Positions 36,767 through 46,947 of a stretch of 64,000 nt of DNA are shown one piece after another. Position 1 is the stretch's first letter. The number at the start of each line of letters is the position of its first letter. Origin of the DNA: Nitriliruptorales bacterium (lineage in GTDB: Bacteria; Actinomycetota; Nitriliruptoria; Nitriliruptorales; JAHWKO01); NCBI GenBank assembly GCA_046263195.1, contig JBHELG010000033.1, forward strand, positions 4,364 through 68,363. Direction: 5' to 3'. Position numbers and translations under genes: made by a program. The notes below the pieces were generated by a model. That model did no database searches, had not been told where the DNA came from, and was given only the letters and a program-made list of their open reading frames with translations.

Positions 36767-37504
36767 ATGGCCGGGTGGACGACGCGCCAGCTCGTACGCC
36801 ATGCCCCCTCCTTGGAGAAGGAGATGCTCGCGCTGCCGGCTCTTGTCGACCACGGCGACGTCTGCCTCGACGTGGGAGCCAGCTTCGGCACGTACACGGT
36901 CCTCCTTGCCCGGCTGGTCGGACCCGGGGGCCGCGTTCACGCCGTCGAACCTCGTCCCCGGTCGCGGCGCGTCCTCGCCCTCGTTCGGAGCCTGCTCACA
37001 CCCGGCAACGTTGAGATCCATCCCGTAGCCCTCAGTGACCAGGCCGGGGAGGAGGTGATCGTCACGCCACGGCGGCGCTGGCTCCTGCCCGTACCCGGCC
37101 GGACCTTCCTGAAAGGCTCCCTGCAAGGCGGACCAGGTGGCTACTACCCCGGGTGGAGCGAGGAGTTCGGGGGTGCGGCGGAACGCCTGGTCGCCACTCA
37201 GACCCTCGACGGGCTCGCCGCCGAGCAGGGCATCGATCGCCTGGACTTCGTCAAGCTCGATGTGGAGGGGGCCGAGCTGCGCGTGCTCGTCGGAGCTGAC
37301 GGGACTCTCCGCCGTCACCGACCGGTCGTCCTGTGCGAGATCGAGGACCGCCACACGAACAAGTACGGACACCGGGCCAGCGAAGTCTTCGCCTGGTTCG
37401 CGTTCCGCGACTTCAAGCCTCACGTCTTCGACAGCCCCAGGTTGCGGCAGGTCGACGGCCCCGAGCCGGGCGAGAACAACTACCTCTTCCTCCCCGGAGA
37501 CTGA
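36767..37504 (+). CDS. FkbM-family SAM-dependent methyltransferase
   Basis: ORF track 245 aa. The ATG is preceded by GGAGGAGACG. 'VCLDVGASFGTYT' and 'DFVKLDVEGAELRVL' are present. Confidence 0.8.
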   Translation: MAGWTTRQLVRHAPSLEKEMLALPALVDHGDVCLDVGASFGTYTVLLARLVGPGGRVHAVEPRPRSRRVLALVRSLLTPGNVEIHPVALSDQAGEEVIVTPRRRWLLPVPGRTFLKGSLQGGPGGYYPGWSEEFGGAAERLVATQTLDGLAAEQGIDRLDFVKLDVEGAELRVLVGADGTLRRHRPVVLCEIEDRHTNKYGHRASEVFAWFAFRDFKPHVFDSPRLRQVDGPEPGENNYLFLPGD

Positions 37505-37719
37505 GGAGGCCGCTGGAACACGGCCGAGCCTCGACCCCGCCCATCTGGTAACCCAATCACCCCGGCCCCGTAGGGAGGTGGAAGGCCTGCTCGTCAAACC
37601 GCAGTTTCGTATCCGTTCGAGCGGGGGAGGAGGAAAACCGCGGGTAGACGGCGAAGCACCTCTTGATACCGTGCGACGGACTCGTTGCATGTTCCGACGG
37701 GGGGAAACAGGAGGGGTTG

Positions 37720-38883
37720 GTGGCTTTGAGCTGGCCGCGACGGCGCGGAGGGATGCGCCAACCCGGACGGCCCTTACGGCCGAGGGACACGTCCGCGCAA
37801 GGGCAGCCGCCACAGCCGCACGACAGCACTGCCGGCCGGCGGGCGCCCTCTACCGAAACCACAGCGCGACTCGCCGGTGCGGTAGGAGGCGAGCTTGAAC
37901 GCTTGCGTGCCGAAGTTTCAGAGGAACTCGTGCTCGTCCGTCTCCTGCTCGACGTCGGCCACGTCGAGGCGGCGAAACGCCTCATCGACGAGCGCTCGGC
38001 GCGTCTCCGTCACTTCCAGGACCACGTCGAAGCAGCAATCGCCTCTGCCGTGGTGGAACGGACGGCCGAGGAGATCCTCGCCGCGGCTGCCGAAGCTCCC
38101 GACAGCCCCGATCGCACCACCCGGTGCCCAGCTGTGGAAGGCGGACGAGAGGCGGCCACCGCCCGCGCGAAAAGGGTGGTCACAGAAGGGACTGCCCGGC
38201 CGTATCTCCGGCCGCTGGTCGCCGCGGCCAGCCTCGTCATCCTCGTTGCACTGTTCGTGACCGGCGGGCCTCTTCCCGGCCTGTACGAACTCGTGTCCGG
38301 GGAGTCGAACAGCTCCCCCCATTCTCAGAGGGGCGGCGCCCCCGGTGGGGACAGGAAGGTGACGGCCGGGGATGACGGCGCCAGTGAGGCCGATGATGCG
38401 CTGCCAGACCCCGCGGGTGGTGTGCTCGACCACTCCGCCGAGCCACCCGAGATCCTGCTGCTACTCGGCCGGCTCGCTCGCTTCGCCGAGGGCACAGGAA
38501 ATGGGCCCGTCGCTGCCCTGCTCGACGTGGACCGACTCGTGGCCCGGCTCGTCACCGAAGTCGCCCCACTGCTGGCCCCGTTGCCTGCTGACCTGCCGCA
38601 GGGAGAGGCCACGTCGCCACCCCAGCACCCAGCGCAGCCGAACGCCGCCCCCCAGCCGCAACCGAACTCCCAGCAGCCACCATCTAGTGGCGGCGAGCCG
38701 GTGGACCAGACGCAGCCAGGTGGACCACCGTCGCCCGACGCGCCTTTGGTGAACCAGCAGGCGCCGCGGATCGACGAGGGTGCAGAGGGCGATTCCATGG
38801 AGGAACGGTGGCGCAAGCGGAGAGAGCAGGGCGGGACGGAGCAGGCGCCTGACATCCCCGACGAGCTCGCGCCGCGCGACTGA
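37720..38883 (+). CDS. hypothetical single-pass membrane protein with helical N-domain and Pro/Gln-rich C-terminal region
   Basis: Inside ORF 37663..38883. The GTG at 37720 has AGGAGG 5 nt upstream. Helical 'ELERLRAEVSEELVLVRLLLDVGHVEAAKRLIDERSARL', TM 'LVAAASLVILVALFVTGG', then 'PPQHPAQPNAAPQPQPNSQQPPSSGG'. No family recognised. Confidence 0.5.
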   Translation: MALSWPRRRGGMRQPGRPLRPRDTSAQGQPPQPHDSTAGRRAPSTETTARLAGAVGGELERLRAEVSEELVLVRLLLDVGHVEAAKRLIDERSARLRHFQDHVEAAIASAVVERTAEEILAAAAEAPDSPDRTTRCPAVEGGREAATARAKRVVTEGTARPYLRPLVAAASLVILVALFVTGGPLPGLYELVSGESNSSPHSQRGGAPGGDRKVTAGDDGASEADDALPDPAGGVLDHSAEPPEILLLLGRLARFAEGTGNGPVAALLDVDRLVARLVTEVAPLLAPLPADLPQGEATSPPQHPAQPNAAPQPQPNSQQPPSSGGEPVDQTQPGGPPSPDAPLVNQQAPRIDEGAEGDSMEERWRKRREQGGTEQAPDIPDELAPRD

Positions 38884-38909
38884 CCAACCCTCACCGGCAA
38901 AGGTAGGCT

Positions 38910-38937
38910 GGCCGACCGACGAGGAAAGCGGTCGGCC
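38910..38937 (+). terminator. stem-loop after the 37720..38883 gene (GGCCGACCG-10nt-CGGTCGGCC)
   Basis: Perfect 9-bp GC-rich stem, 27 nt after the TGA. No U-tract. Confidence 0.4.
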
Positions 38938-38972
38938 GGTATGACCTGGCGGAAAGGGCTCCCGAGATCACG

Positions 38973-39296
38973 TTGCCTCTTCGGATCCTTGCGCCAGTCC
39001 TCGCCGCGATCGTCCTGTTTCAGGGCGAGACTGCCGATGCGTCTCAGGCCGCCAGGCAGACCAGAGATGAGGAGGCGGTCGTGCTCGCCGTCGAAGGCCC
39101 CAGTGAGGAAGAGGGGGGACTACCCGGGCCGGAACCAAATCTCAAGAACAGCTTCGCCCCTGAGGAGTACGAGGCGCCTTGGACCTGGTGGCTCGGCGTC
39201 ATCCTCACGGCCGTCAGCGTCGTGATCATCGTGGGATTCGGCCTCGCCTACTACATCCTCATCCACCGCCCGCGGCAACGAACCCCGCAGCCTTGA
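38973..39296 (+). CDS. small hypothetical protein with N-terminal signal-like segment and C-terminal TM anchor
   Basis: ORF track 107 aa, TTG start. 'LRILAPVLAAIVLFQGETADA', an acidic middle, and 'WWLGVILTAVSVVIIVGFGLAYYIL'. The overlapping 38941 ORF is Arg-rich junk. Confidence 0.5.
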   Translation: MPLRILAPVLAAIVLFQGETADASQAARQTRDEEAVVLAVEGPSEEEGGLPGPEPNLKNSFAPEEYEAPWTWWLGVILTAVSVVIIVGFGLAYYILIHRPRQRTPQP

Positions 39297-39337
39297 ACGA
39301 CAACCCCCCTGGCCCGAGGAACCGCACCCTCCCGCCC

Positions 39338-40348
39338 TTGATTGACGAAGCCATGGCGCTGCGAACCGCCACGCTCGTCACTCCCCGACAACGAGACAGC
39401 CCGGCCGAAGCGGCCCGGTTGAGAGCGAGGGTGGCTGCGGACGTGGCCGCCGCCGACGAGTCCGCCCGGTCCTGGACAGGACTCGGAAGGGACCTACCGC
39501 CCACGACCGTGCGTGTGGTCAGCCGCTCCGGCTGGGTGAAGGCGAATCTCATCGGTCTTCGCGGTGCCTTCGATCCGCTGGCTTACCGCCTGGCCGACCG
39601 ACCTGGCGCCGCGCGTGTCGTGGGGTGGCAGGTGGGGATGCTTCTCGGCCTGCTGTCGACGAAAGTGCTCGGTCAGTACATCCTTCCGCTCGGCGGACCT
39701 GGACAGGCCCAGCTCGTTCTGGTCGGCCCGAACCTGCTCGAGTTGTCGCGACGACTCGGCCCCCTCGCCGACGACGTGCGTAGGGTCGTCCTCATCCACG
39801 AACTCGCCCACCGGCTGCAGTTCGACGGGGTGCCATGGCTCGGAGACCACCTTCGGGGCCTGCTCGGCCGCTACCTCGCATCGGCCCGCCTGGACCCCGG
39901 AGCCGTGCTGGAGGCACTCTCCCGCCTCCCCGACGCGCTGCGGGCGCTACGAGAAGAACGCAGCATCACTCCACTCCTCCAGGCTGTCTTGAGCGAGGAG
40001 CAGCGGGCGGTCGTCGACGAGGCGCAGGCCCTCATGAGCCTGCTCGAAGGCCACGGCAATGCGACGATGTACAGCGCAGCGCGCGGTTTCGTCCACGACC
40101 CCGATCGAGTGAGGGAGGCGCTCGAGCGTCGCCACTCGGACCTCTTCGCGCGGCTGCTGACCGCTGTCGCCGGGCTCGACCTCAAACGACGCCAATACCG
40201 CGAAGGCGAGGCCTTTGTGCGCACGGTCGTCGAGCGGGTGGGGACCGCAGGGCTCAACGCCGCCTTCACCGGTCCCTCGTCGCTGCCGACTCTCGACGAG
40301 ATCTCCGCCCCGGAGAGGTGGCTCGCACGCCTGCACGGGAGCGACTGA
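39338..40348 (+). CDS. zinc-dependent metalloprotease, DUF2342 family
   Basis: Inside ORF 39179..40348. I prefer the TTG at 39338 ('LIDEAMALRTATLV', matching the usual family N-terminus); an ATG lies at 39353. 'VVLIHELAHRLQF' is HExxH. The position upstream of tilS is conserved in actinobacteria. Confidence 0.8.
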   Translation: MIDEAMALRTATLVTPRQRDSPAEAARLRARVAADVAAADESARSWTGLGRDLPPTTVRVVSRSGWVKANLIGLRGAFDPLAYRLADRPGAARVVGWQVGMLLGLLSTKVLGQYILPLGGPGQAQLVLVGPNLLELSRRLGPLADDVRRVVLIHELAHRLQFDGVPWLGDHLRGLLGRYLASARLDPGAVLEALSRLPDALRALREERSITPLLQAVLSEEQRAVVDEAQALMSLLEGHGNATMYSAARGFVHDPDRVREALERRHSDLFARLLTAVAGLDLKRRQYREGEAFVRTVVERVGTAGLNAAFTGPSSLPTLDEISAPERWLARLHGSD

Positions 40349-40387
40349 ACACCAACTGAGAAATGCGAGCAACTGCGGAACCGTGCC

Positions 40388-41869
40388 ATGACCTTCCCCC
40401 CCGATCTCGGCCAGGAGTTCGACCCGGAGCCCGGCCACCGGCCTTTCCCGCCGCCCCGATGGCCAGGTCCGCTTCCTTCCGGCACGGACCGAGCGGGGCT
40501 GGTCGTGGAGGTGGCCCGTGCGCTCCAGCCCGTGCAGGGGGGCGCTCTCATCGCTCTTTCGGGAGGGCCCGATTCCACCTCGCTCACCTATCTCGTTCGT
40601 GAGGCACGGCCGGATTTGAAGCTCTTCCTCGGCCACGTCCGTCACGGCATGCGAGACGACGCCGCCGACCTCGCGACCGTGCAAAGTCACGCCCAGGCCT
40701 TGAATCTGCCGCTCGAGGTCGCGGAAGTCGAAGTGCGACCGAGCGGGGAAGGGCTCGAGGCAGCGGCCCGAACCGCCCGTTACGCCGCGCTGCGCCGTCT
40801 GGCCAAGGAGGCCGACGTCACCCGGATCCTGCTCGGCCATACCGCGGACGACCAGGCGGAGACCGTCCTCCTGCGTGTGGCCCGCGGCACGGGCATCAGG
40901 GGTCTGGCGGCAATGGCAGCCCTCAGTGGTGATCTCGTCCGCCCACTCCTGCGCATCCGCCGGGGCGACCTTCGCCGCTTCCTCGCTCTCGAAGGCCTCG
41001 ACACGGTCGAGGATCCCACCAACCTCGATCCGTCCTCACGACGGGTGCGGGTGCGTCAGACCGTCCTGCCGGCTTTCGAGGCGCTGACCCCCGACCCGGT
41101 GGGAGCACTGGCTCGGCTGGCCGACCTCGCTCGCTTGGACGCCACTCATCTGGAGGCTGAGGCGGCCAAGGTCGAGCTTGCTGCCGTTCGCCACTACGGC
41201 CCTGCCCGGGCCCTGGCGACGGAGGCACTTTCCGGCATCGACGCGGCCCTGGCATCCCGCGTCGTGCGCCGATTCCTCGCGGCCGTCCGCGGCAGCCCCA
41301 CTCCTGTCACCGCAGGGCACGTCCATGCCGTTCTGGCACTGCACTCGGGGCAGGCCGTGGACCTGCCGGGCGTGTCGGTCACGCGGGGAGGGAAGTGGCT
41401 GGCTGCCGCGCCGCATCAGCTGCCCGAAACCCGGCCGGTGACCCTCTCAGTGCCCGGCGTGACCGATTGGAAGCGGGCAGCCGTTTCCATCGTGGCGACC
41501 CTCGCCCCGCAAGACTTCGCCGACCAGGTTCGGCTACCCGGACGACTGCGCGAGGTCGTGTCGGAGGAGGCTCTGCCCCCCGGTGGGAATCCGGCCTTGG
41601 GGACGGTGACCCTCGGCGGACTGCAACTCTCAGGCCTCGTCGTGCGCTGCCGGCTGCCGGGAGATCGCGTGGCCACGCGGGCCGGAACGAGGAAGTTGCA
41701 GGATTTGTTCGTCGACGCAGGCATCCCCCGAGCGGTCCGCGACCTCGTACCGGTAGTCGCCGTCGGCGAACGCCTCCTATGGGTGCCCGGGGTCACCGTC
41801 GACGCTCGCGCCCAAGCGGCTGGCCATAGGTCTCCCACGCTTCGCTTAGCGGTCGAGAGCCGGGACTAG
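40388..41869 (+). CDS. tilS: tRNA(Ile)-lysidine synthase
   Basis: ORF track 493 aa. PP-loop 'LIALSGGPDSTSL'. The start is uncertain: the first ~40 codons are Pro-rich and a GTG at 40505 is an alternative. Confidence 0.8.
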   Translation: MTFPPDLGQEFDPEPGHRPFPPPRWPGPLPSGTDRAGLVVEVARALQPVQGGALIALSGGPDSTSLTYLVREARPDLKLFLGHVRHGMRDDAADLATVQSHAQALNLPLEVAEVEVRPSGEGLEAAARTARYAALRRLAKEADVTRILLGHTADDQAETVLLRVARGTGIRGLAAMAALSGDLVRPLLRIRRGDLRRFLALEGLDTVEDPTNLDPSSRRVRVRQTVLPAFEALTPDPVGALARLADLARLDATHLEAEAAKVELAAVRHYGPARALATEALSGIDAALASRVVRRFLAAVRGSPTPVTAGHVHAVLALHSGQAVDLPGVSVTRGGKWLAAAPHQLPETRPVTLSVPGVTDWKRAAVSIVATLAPQDFADQVRLPGRLREVVSEEALPPGGNPALGTVTLGGLQLSGLVVRCRLPGDRVATRAGTRKLQDLFVDAGIPRAVRDLVPVVAVGERLLWVPGVTVDARAQAAGHRSPTLRLAVESRD

Positions 41870-41986
41870 CACCTGCCGTCAGGCTGCGAAGTCGGTGATG
41901 GGCCGATAGCGTGCCCTCGCACGGCGTGCCGACGTAGCCTCGAGGTTTGAGCCCGCAGGCGACGCGGTCTTTTCCGGGAGGACGCC

Positions 41987-42583
41987 ATGGGGCCCCAACC
42001 GCTGGCCAACGTGCTGAGGCGGACGGGCCTGGATCTGGCTCCGCAAATGGCGGAGGCGATCGACGAGGTCCTGATCACGGACGAGCAGATCAGCGCGAAA
42101 CTCACCGAACTGGCCACGAGGCTCGACGCTGACTACGGGGGACGGGAACTGCTGCTCGTCGGCGTGCTGAAGGGAGCCTTCGTGCTCATCGCCGACCTCG
42201 CCCGTCACCTAACTGTGCCGGTGAGTATCGACTTCATGGCCGTATCGTCATACGGATCGTCCACACGCACCTCAGGGGTCGTGCGCATCCTGAAGGATCT
42301 GGATATCGATATAGAGGGCCGAAACGTCCTGCTCGTAGAGGACATCGTCGACTCGGGCCTGACTCTCAACTACCTGCTCCGCAACCTCCGCTCACGACGC
42401 CCCGCAAGCCTCGAGGTGCTCGCACTGCTCACGAAGCCAAGCCAGCAGCGCGTCGATCTTCCCATCCGCTACCAGGGCTTTGCGGTTCCGAACGTCTTCG
42501 TTGTCGGCTACGGCCTCGACTTTGCCGAGCTCTACCGCAACTTGCCGTTCATCGCGACCTTGAAGCCCGAGGTCTATGCCTGA
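41987..42583 (+). CDS. hpt: hypoxanthine phosphoribosyltransferase
   Basis: ORF track 198 aa. The ATG is preceded by GGGAGGA. 'LLVGVLKGAFVLIADL' and the PRPP motif 'VLLVEDIVDSGLTL' are present. Confidence 0.9.
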   Translation: MGPQPLANVLRRTGLDLAPQMAEAIDEVLITDEQISAKLTELATRLDADYGGRELLLVGVLKGAFVLIADLARHLTVPVSIDFMAVSSYGSSTRTSGVVRILKDLDIDIEGRNVLLVEDIVDSGLTLNYLLRNLRSRRPASLEVLALLTKPSQQRVDLPIRYQGFAVPNVFVVGYGLDFAELYRNLPFIATLKPEVYA

Positions 42584-42803
42584 GCCCCTCGCCACGTGGG
42601 AAAGGACTTGGAAGGGTATGAGCGGACCCGGGTCGGACCAGGAAGCGGGTGGTAGCATCTGAGAGCTCACGCGAGCGTCGCGCGGGACGTCGAGGTACCG
42701 CACCATCTTCCCCGGGATGCGGCGAAGCCGCCGGGCGGGCTGGGCGAGATGAGGTCACGTTCCAGACACCAGATGGGCGGTGACCGGAGGCTGTGAGGAG
42801 TAC

Positions 42804-44828
42804 GTGAACTTCCAACGCGTTTTTCGAGGGCCCTTCGTCTGGATCCTCGTGCTGCTCTTCGCGCTCTACGCCACTGTCAGCCTGGTGAACCGGGCCGCCG
42901 CCCCCCGCGTCCTCTCCTTCTCCGAGTGGGAGCAAGCAGCCGACGAAGGACGCGTGGTCAGCGTCGAGATCATGTCGCAGTCCTACGTGCTGCGAGGTGA
43001 ACTCCGTGATCCAGAGGCTCCCGACGCTGCCCCGATCCCGTATCGCACCACCTATGACGAGGCCATCCAGGCCGAACGCATCGCGGAGATCATCGAGCGC
43101 AACAACATCGAGCAGGTCGAAGTCGACTCGGAGCAGAGCTCGGCGCTGGTGAGACTCATCTTCGAGGTACTGCCGTTCGTGCTCATCTTCCTGCTGTTCA
43201 TCCTGTTCATGCAGCAGATGCAGGGCGGCGGCAACCGGGTGATGTCGTTCGGCAAGGCTCGAGCGAAGATGGTCTCGAAGGACCAGCCGAAGGTGACCTT
43301 CGCCGACGTGGCAGGGGCCGACGAGGCTGTCGAGGAATTGCGTGAGATCAAGGAGTTTCTCGAGAGCCCCCAGAAGTTCCAGGCGATGGGGGCGAAGATC
43401 CCCAAGGGTGTCCTGCTCTACGGGCCCCCAGGGACCGGCAAGACGCTGCTCGCGCGTGCGGTCGCCGGCGAGGCTGGCGTCCCCTTCTTCTCCATCTCCG
43501 GCTCCGACTTCGTCGAGATGTTCGTCGGAGTCGGCGCTTCCCGGGTCCGTGACCTGTTCGAGCAGGCGAAGTCGAACGCGCCGGCCATCATCTTCGTCGA
43601 CGAGATCGACGCCGTCGGTCGCCACCGCGGCGCCGGCCTCGGAGGGGGCCACGACGAACGCGAGCAGACACTGAACCAGTTGCTCGTCGAGATGGACGGC
43701 TTCGACATGCGTGCCGGGGTCATCCTCATCGCCGCGACCAACCGACCCGACATTCTCGACCCGGCCCTGTTGCGCCCGGGACGTTTCGACCGGCAGATCG
43801 TCGTCGACCGTCCCGACCTGGTCGGACGCAAAGCAATCCTGAAGGTCCACACTCGCGGCAAGCCCCTCGCCGAGGACGTCGACATCGACGTGCTCGCCCG
43901 CCAGACGCCGGGCTTCACCGGTGCTGATCTCGCCAACCTCGTGAACGAGGCCGCCCTGCTCTCCGCGCGCTTCGGCAAGAAGGAGATCACGATGGGCGAG
44001 ATGGAGGAGGCCATCGAGCGGGTCGTGGCCGGGCCGGAGCGGCGGACCCGGCTCATGTCGGAGAAGGAGAAGCGCACCGTCGCCTACCACGAGGCCGGCC
44101 ACGCCATCGTGGGCCACGCTCTGCCGAACGCCGACCCCGTCCACAAGATCTCGATCATCCCTCGCGGTCGGGCGCTCGGATTCACCATGCAGCTGCCGAC
44201 CGAGGACAAGTACCTCGTCGCTCGCGGTGAGCTCATTGACCGGCTCGCGGTCATGCTCGGCGGTCGAGTAGCCGAGGAGCTGAAGGTCGGTGACGTCACG
44301 ACCGGCGCGGGCGACGACATCCAGCGTGCCACCGCCACGGCCCGTGAGATGGTTACGCAGTATGGAATGAGCGAACGGCTCGGACCCGTCGTGCTCGGCC
44401 AGAAGGACCACCAGCCCTTCCTCGGCCGAGATCTCGGCACCCACCAGGACTACTCGCACGAGGTCGCCTACGAGATCGACGAGGAGGTGCGGCGTCTCAT
44501 CGACGAGGCGCACGACGAGGCTCTCGAGATCCTGGTCGAGAACGGTGCCGTGCTCCAGGCGGTCGCGACCCGTCTGCTCGAGGTCGAGACGGTCGACCGC
44601 AACGAGATCGAGGAGCTGTTCGCCCCCATCAAGGTGCGTCCGAGTCGGGCAGTAACCGCGCCCGCGGGCAAGAGCTCGGCCAACGTGCTGAAGGCCTTAC
44701 GCCGACTCGACACGAACGGGTACGGCAACGGCCAGGATGGCAGATCTCGCAGAACCTCACCGACAAGCACGCGCTCACGTCGCTCCCCAGCGTCGCGGTC
44801 GCGTGCCCCACGCGCGGCGGAGGAATAG
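42804..44828 (+). CDS. ftsH: ATP-dependent zinc metalloprotease FtsH
   Basis: Inside ORF 42780..44828. The GTG at 42804 gives the usual '[13 protein letters not shown]' N-terminus. Walker A '[11 protein letters not shown]', SRH region, and 'HEAGHAIVG'. Confidence 0.95.
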   Translation: MNFQRVFRGPFVWILVLLFALYATVSLVNRAAAPRVLSFSEWEQAADEGRVVSVEIMSQSYVLRGELRDPEAPDAAPIPYRTTYDEAIQAERIAEIIERNNIEQVEVDSEQSSALVRLIFEVLPFVLIFLLFILFMQQMQGGGNRVMSFGKARAKMVSKDQPKVTFADVAGADEAVEELREIKEFLESPQKFQAMGAKIPKGVLLYGPPGTGKTLLARAVAGEAGVPFFSISGSDFVEMFVGVGASRVRDLFEQAKSNAPAIIFVDEIDAVGRHRGAGLGGGHDEREQTLNQLLVEMDGFDMRAGVILIAATNRPDILDPALLRPGRFDRQIVVDRPDLVGRKAILKVHTRGKPLAEDVDIDVLARQTPGFTGADLANLVNEAALLSARFGKKEITMGEMEEAIERVVAGPERRTRLMSEKEKRTVAYHEAGHAIVGHALPNADPVHKISIIPRGRALGFTMQLPTEDKYLVARGELIDRLAVMLGGRVAEELKVGDVTTGAGDDIQRATATAREMVTQYGMSERLGPVVLGQKDHQPFLGRDLGTHQDYSHEVAYEIDEEVRRLIDEAHDEALEILVENGAVLQAVATRLLEVETVDRNEIEELFAPIKVRPSRAVTAPAGKSSANVLKALRRLDTNGYGNGQDGRSRRTSPTSTRSRRSPASRSRAPRAAEE

Positions 44829-45057
44829 CAGCGCGCGACGGTGTCCGCTTGCTCTGCCGTCCCTCGTCGGCTTCGCCCGCCAGGCCCGCCCTGCGTGCCC
44901 GGTGCCCTGGTGACGCGCCCCGCCAGGCCCAGACCCGCCACGACCCCGCACGAGCTCCCGCAGGCACGCGATGCCAGCGAGGAAGGCGGGAACGCGTGAG
45001 CGGTGCTCCATGGAGCGCCGTGAGAGGAGCTGTGCCACGACAGCAACGGAGATGGCC

Positions 45058-45714
45058 ATGAGCGAGTACGAGCCGATCCTGCCAGGTGAGCGCTCCCGGT
45101 CGCGCGTCCGTCACATCACCGGAGTGAGCCCAACGACTCTGTTCGACCACGACAAGATCAAGCGTGGCGTGCGTCTCATCCTCGAAGGCATCGGTGAGGA
45201 CCCCGACCGCGAAGGTCTGCGTGACACCCCCGAGCGAGTCGCCCGCGAATACGACGAGATATTCGCCGGCCTGCTCGTCGACCCTCGGGACGTGCTGGCA
45301 GTCGTCTTCGAGGAGGACCACGATGAGATGGTCATGATCCGGGACATCCCGATTCACTCCATCTGCGAGCACCACCTGCTGCCGTTCGTGGGGCGGGCCC
45401 ACGTCGCTTACGTCCCGAACACACGGGGACAGATCACCGGCCTGTCGAAGCTTGCCCGCCTGGTCGACGTCGTCGCGAAGCGCCCCACCCTCCAGGAGCG
45501 CATGACGACCAACATCGCTGACACGCTCGTCGAAATGCTCGAGCCGCGCGGGGTCCTCGTGGTCGTCGAGGCGCGCCACTACTGCATGGAGATGCGGGGG
45601 GTGCGGAAGCCCGGTTCCCAGACCGTGACGAGTGCGGTACGTGGCCTCTTCCGGGACGATCCTCGCACCCGCGCCGAGGCCATGGCCTTCATCGGCTCGC
45701 CCCGGGTCTCCTGA
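45058..45714 (+). CDS. folE: GTP cyclohydrolase I
   Basis: Inside ORF 44971..45714. The ATG at 45058 has GGAGA 5 nt upstream; 45052 is also possible. '[10 protein letters not shown]' and 'HYCMEMRGV' are present. Confidence 0.9.
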   Translation: MSEYEPILPGERSRSRVRHITGVSPTTLFDHDKIKRGVRLILEGIGEDPDREGLRDTPERVAREYDEIFAGLLVDPRDVLAVVFEEDHDEMVMIRDIPIHSICEHHLLPFVGRAHVAYVPNTRGQITGLSKLARLVDVVAKRPTLQERMTTNIADTLVEMLEPRGVLVVVEARHYCMEMRGVRKPGSQTVTSAVRGLFRDDPRTRAEAMAFIGSPRVS

Positions 45715-45733
45715 CCCGCACGAGTTCCGAGCC

Positions 45734-46885
45734 GTGGCCAGCGAAAAGATCCTCGAGGCGCCACTCGTCCGCGTCCTCGACGCCACCCTCGCCCCAGCCG
45801 GTGGACCCGTCAGGGTCAGCATCAGCCGCTTGCATGCGCCTGAACGTCTCGCCCCGGCCATGTCCGCGGCAGGCGGGCCGGTCGAGGTCAGCGACGGGCG
45901 CATCACCGCGATGGGCCTCCCATCCCGCCTCGTCGACTGCAGCGCGGTTGAGCTCGGGTGGGCGGGCGCTCAGGCCCTCGCCGCCGCTCTCGAGAAGGCC
46001 GTCTCGGCCTGGCTCGGCGCGCCGCCCGAGCTCGTCACCCGCGCTCGAATGCTTGACTGTTCCCGGCGGCCGGTCGTCATGGGGATCCTCAACGTCACTC
46101 CCGACTCTTTCTCCGACGGAGGTCGCTACTACGACCCGTCGCGTCATCCCCGGGCCGCGATCGAGCGGGGGCGGGAACTCGCAGCAGCCGGTGCCGACCT
46201 CGTCGACGTAGGTGGGGAATCGACCCGGCCCGGCGCGGACCCGGTGGGTGAGAAGGAGGAGCTGCGACGGGTGCTGCCGGTCGTCGAGGCACTCGCCGTC
46301 GATGGGCTCGTCATCTCGATCGACACGAGCAAGGCCCTCGTGGCGCGGGCTGCGGTCGAGGCGGGAGCGGCGATCGTCAACGACGTGACCGCCGGCAGGC
46401 ACGACGCTTCGTTGCTGCCGACAGTCGCCGAACTGGGGGCGGCGTACGTGCTGATGCACATGCAGGGCACCCCTCGGACGATGCAGCGCAACCCCCTCTA
46501 CAGCGACGTCGTGGCCGAGGTGTTCGATTTTCTGGGTGCGGGTCTCGAGCGGTGCGCCGGGGCCGGCATAGACCCGGTGAGGGTCGTGGTGGATCCCGGC
46601 ATCGGGTTCGGCAAGACGGTCGAGCACAACCTGCGGCTGCTACGCCATGTCAGGGAGCTCACCTCCCTCGGCCGTCCGGTGCTCGTCGGCACCTCCCGCA
46701 AAAGCTTCCTCAGTCGGCTCGGCGGAGGACTAGGGGAGCACGAGCGCCTGGAAGGATCGCTCGCCACGGCGGCACTCGCCGTCGCGAATGGCGTGGCGAT
46801 CGTGCGGGTCCACGACGTGCCCGAGACCGTGCAGGCGGTGCGGGTCGCCCATGCCATCGCGACCGGCACATGGTCGGACGCGTAG
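45734..46885 (+). CDS. folP: dihydropteroate synthase with ~105-aa N-terminal extension
   Basis: Inside ORF 45632..46885. The canonical domain starts near 46049 ('VVMGILNVTPDSFSDGG', 'DVGGESTRPG'). The in-frame upstream 315 nt have very high third-position GC and reach a GTG at 45734, 20 nt after the folE stop. Confidence 0.75.
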   Translation: MASEKILEAPLVRVLDATLAPAGGPVRVSISRLHAPERLAPAMSAAGGPVEVSDGRITAMGLPSRLVDCSAVELGWAGAQALAAALEKAVSAWLGAPPELVTRARMLDCSRRPVVMGILNVTPDSFSDGGRYYDPSRHPRAAIERGRELAAAGADLVDVGGESTRPGADPVGEKEELRRVLPVVEALAVDGLVISIDTSKALVARAAVEAGAAIVNDVTAGRHDASLLPTVAELGAAYVLMHMQGTPRTMQRNPLYSDVVAEVFDFLGAGLERCAGAGIDPVRVVVDPGIGFGKTVEHNLRLLRHVRELTSLGRPVLVGTSRKSFLSRLGGGLGEHERLEGSLATAALAVANGVAIVRVHDVPETVQAVRVAHAIATGTWSDA

Positions 46886-46947
46886 GTCCAGGGGTAGCCG
46901 GATCAGGTCAGCAGCTGAAAGAGGACCGGCTGGCCGCGGTACCGAGG

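Noticed and set aside
37505-37900. Possible RNase P RNA or another known structured RNA in the spacer after the FkbM gene (contains 'ggaggaaaaccgcggg', reminiscent of GGAGGAAAGUCCGGGC)
   Set aside because: The other universally conserved RNase P blocks are absent on both strands (ACAGAA.CCGGCUUA, GGUAAGGGUGAAA, AGCAAGG). tmRNA, SRP, ydaO, ZTP and SAM-IV signatures were also not seen. Much of the region is better explained as the 5' part of the 37720..38883 gene.
42549-44513. 654-aa minus-strand ORF
   Set aside because: It is antisense to ftsH, which has Walker A and HEAGH on the plus strand. No recognisable domains; typical GC-rich shadow ORF.
44829-45057. Repeated 'CGCC(C)CGCCAGGCCC' strings (about 44875 and 44917) in the ftsH-folE spacer
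   Set aside because: They are short, GC-rich and only two copies. This is compatible with chance low-complexity sequence in a ~70% GC genome, and no associated structure or ORF was seen.
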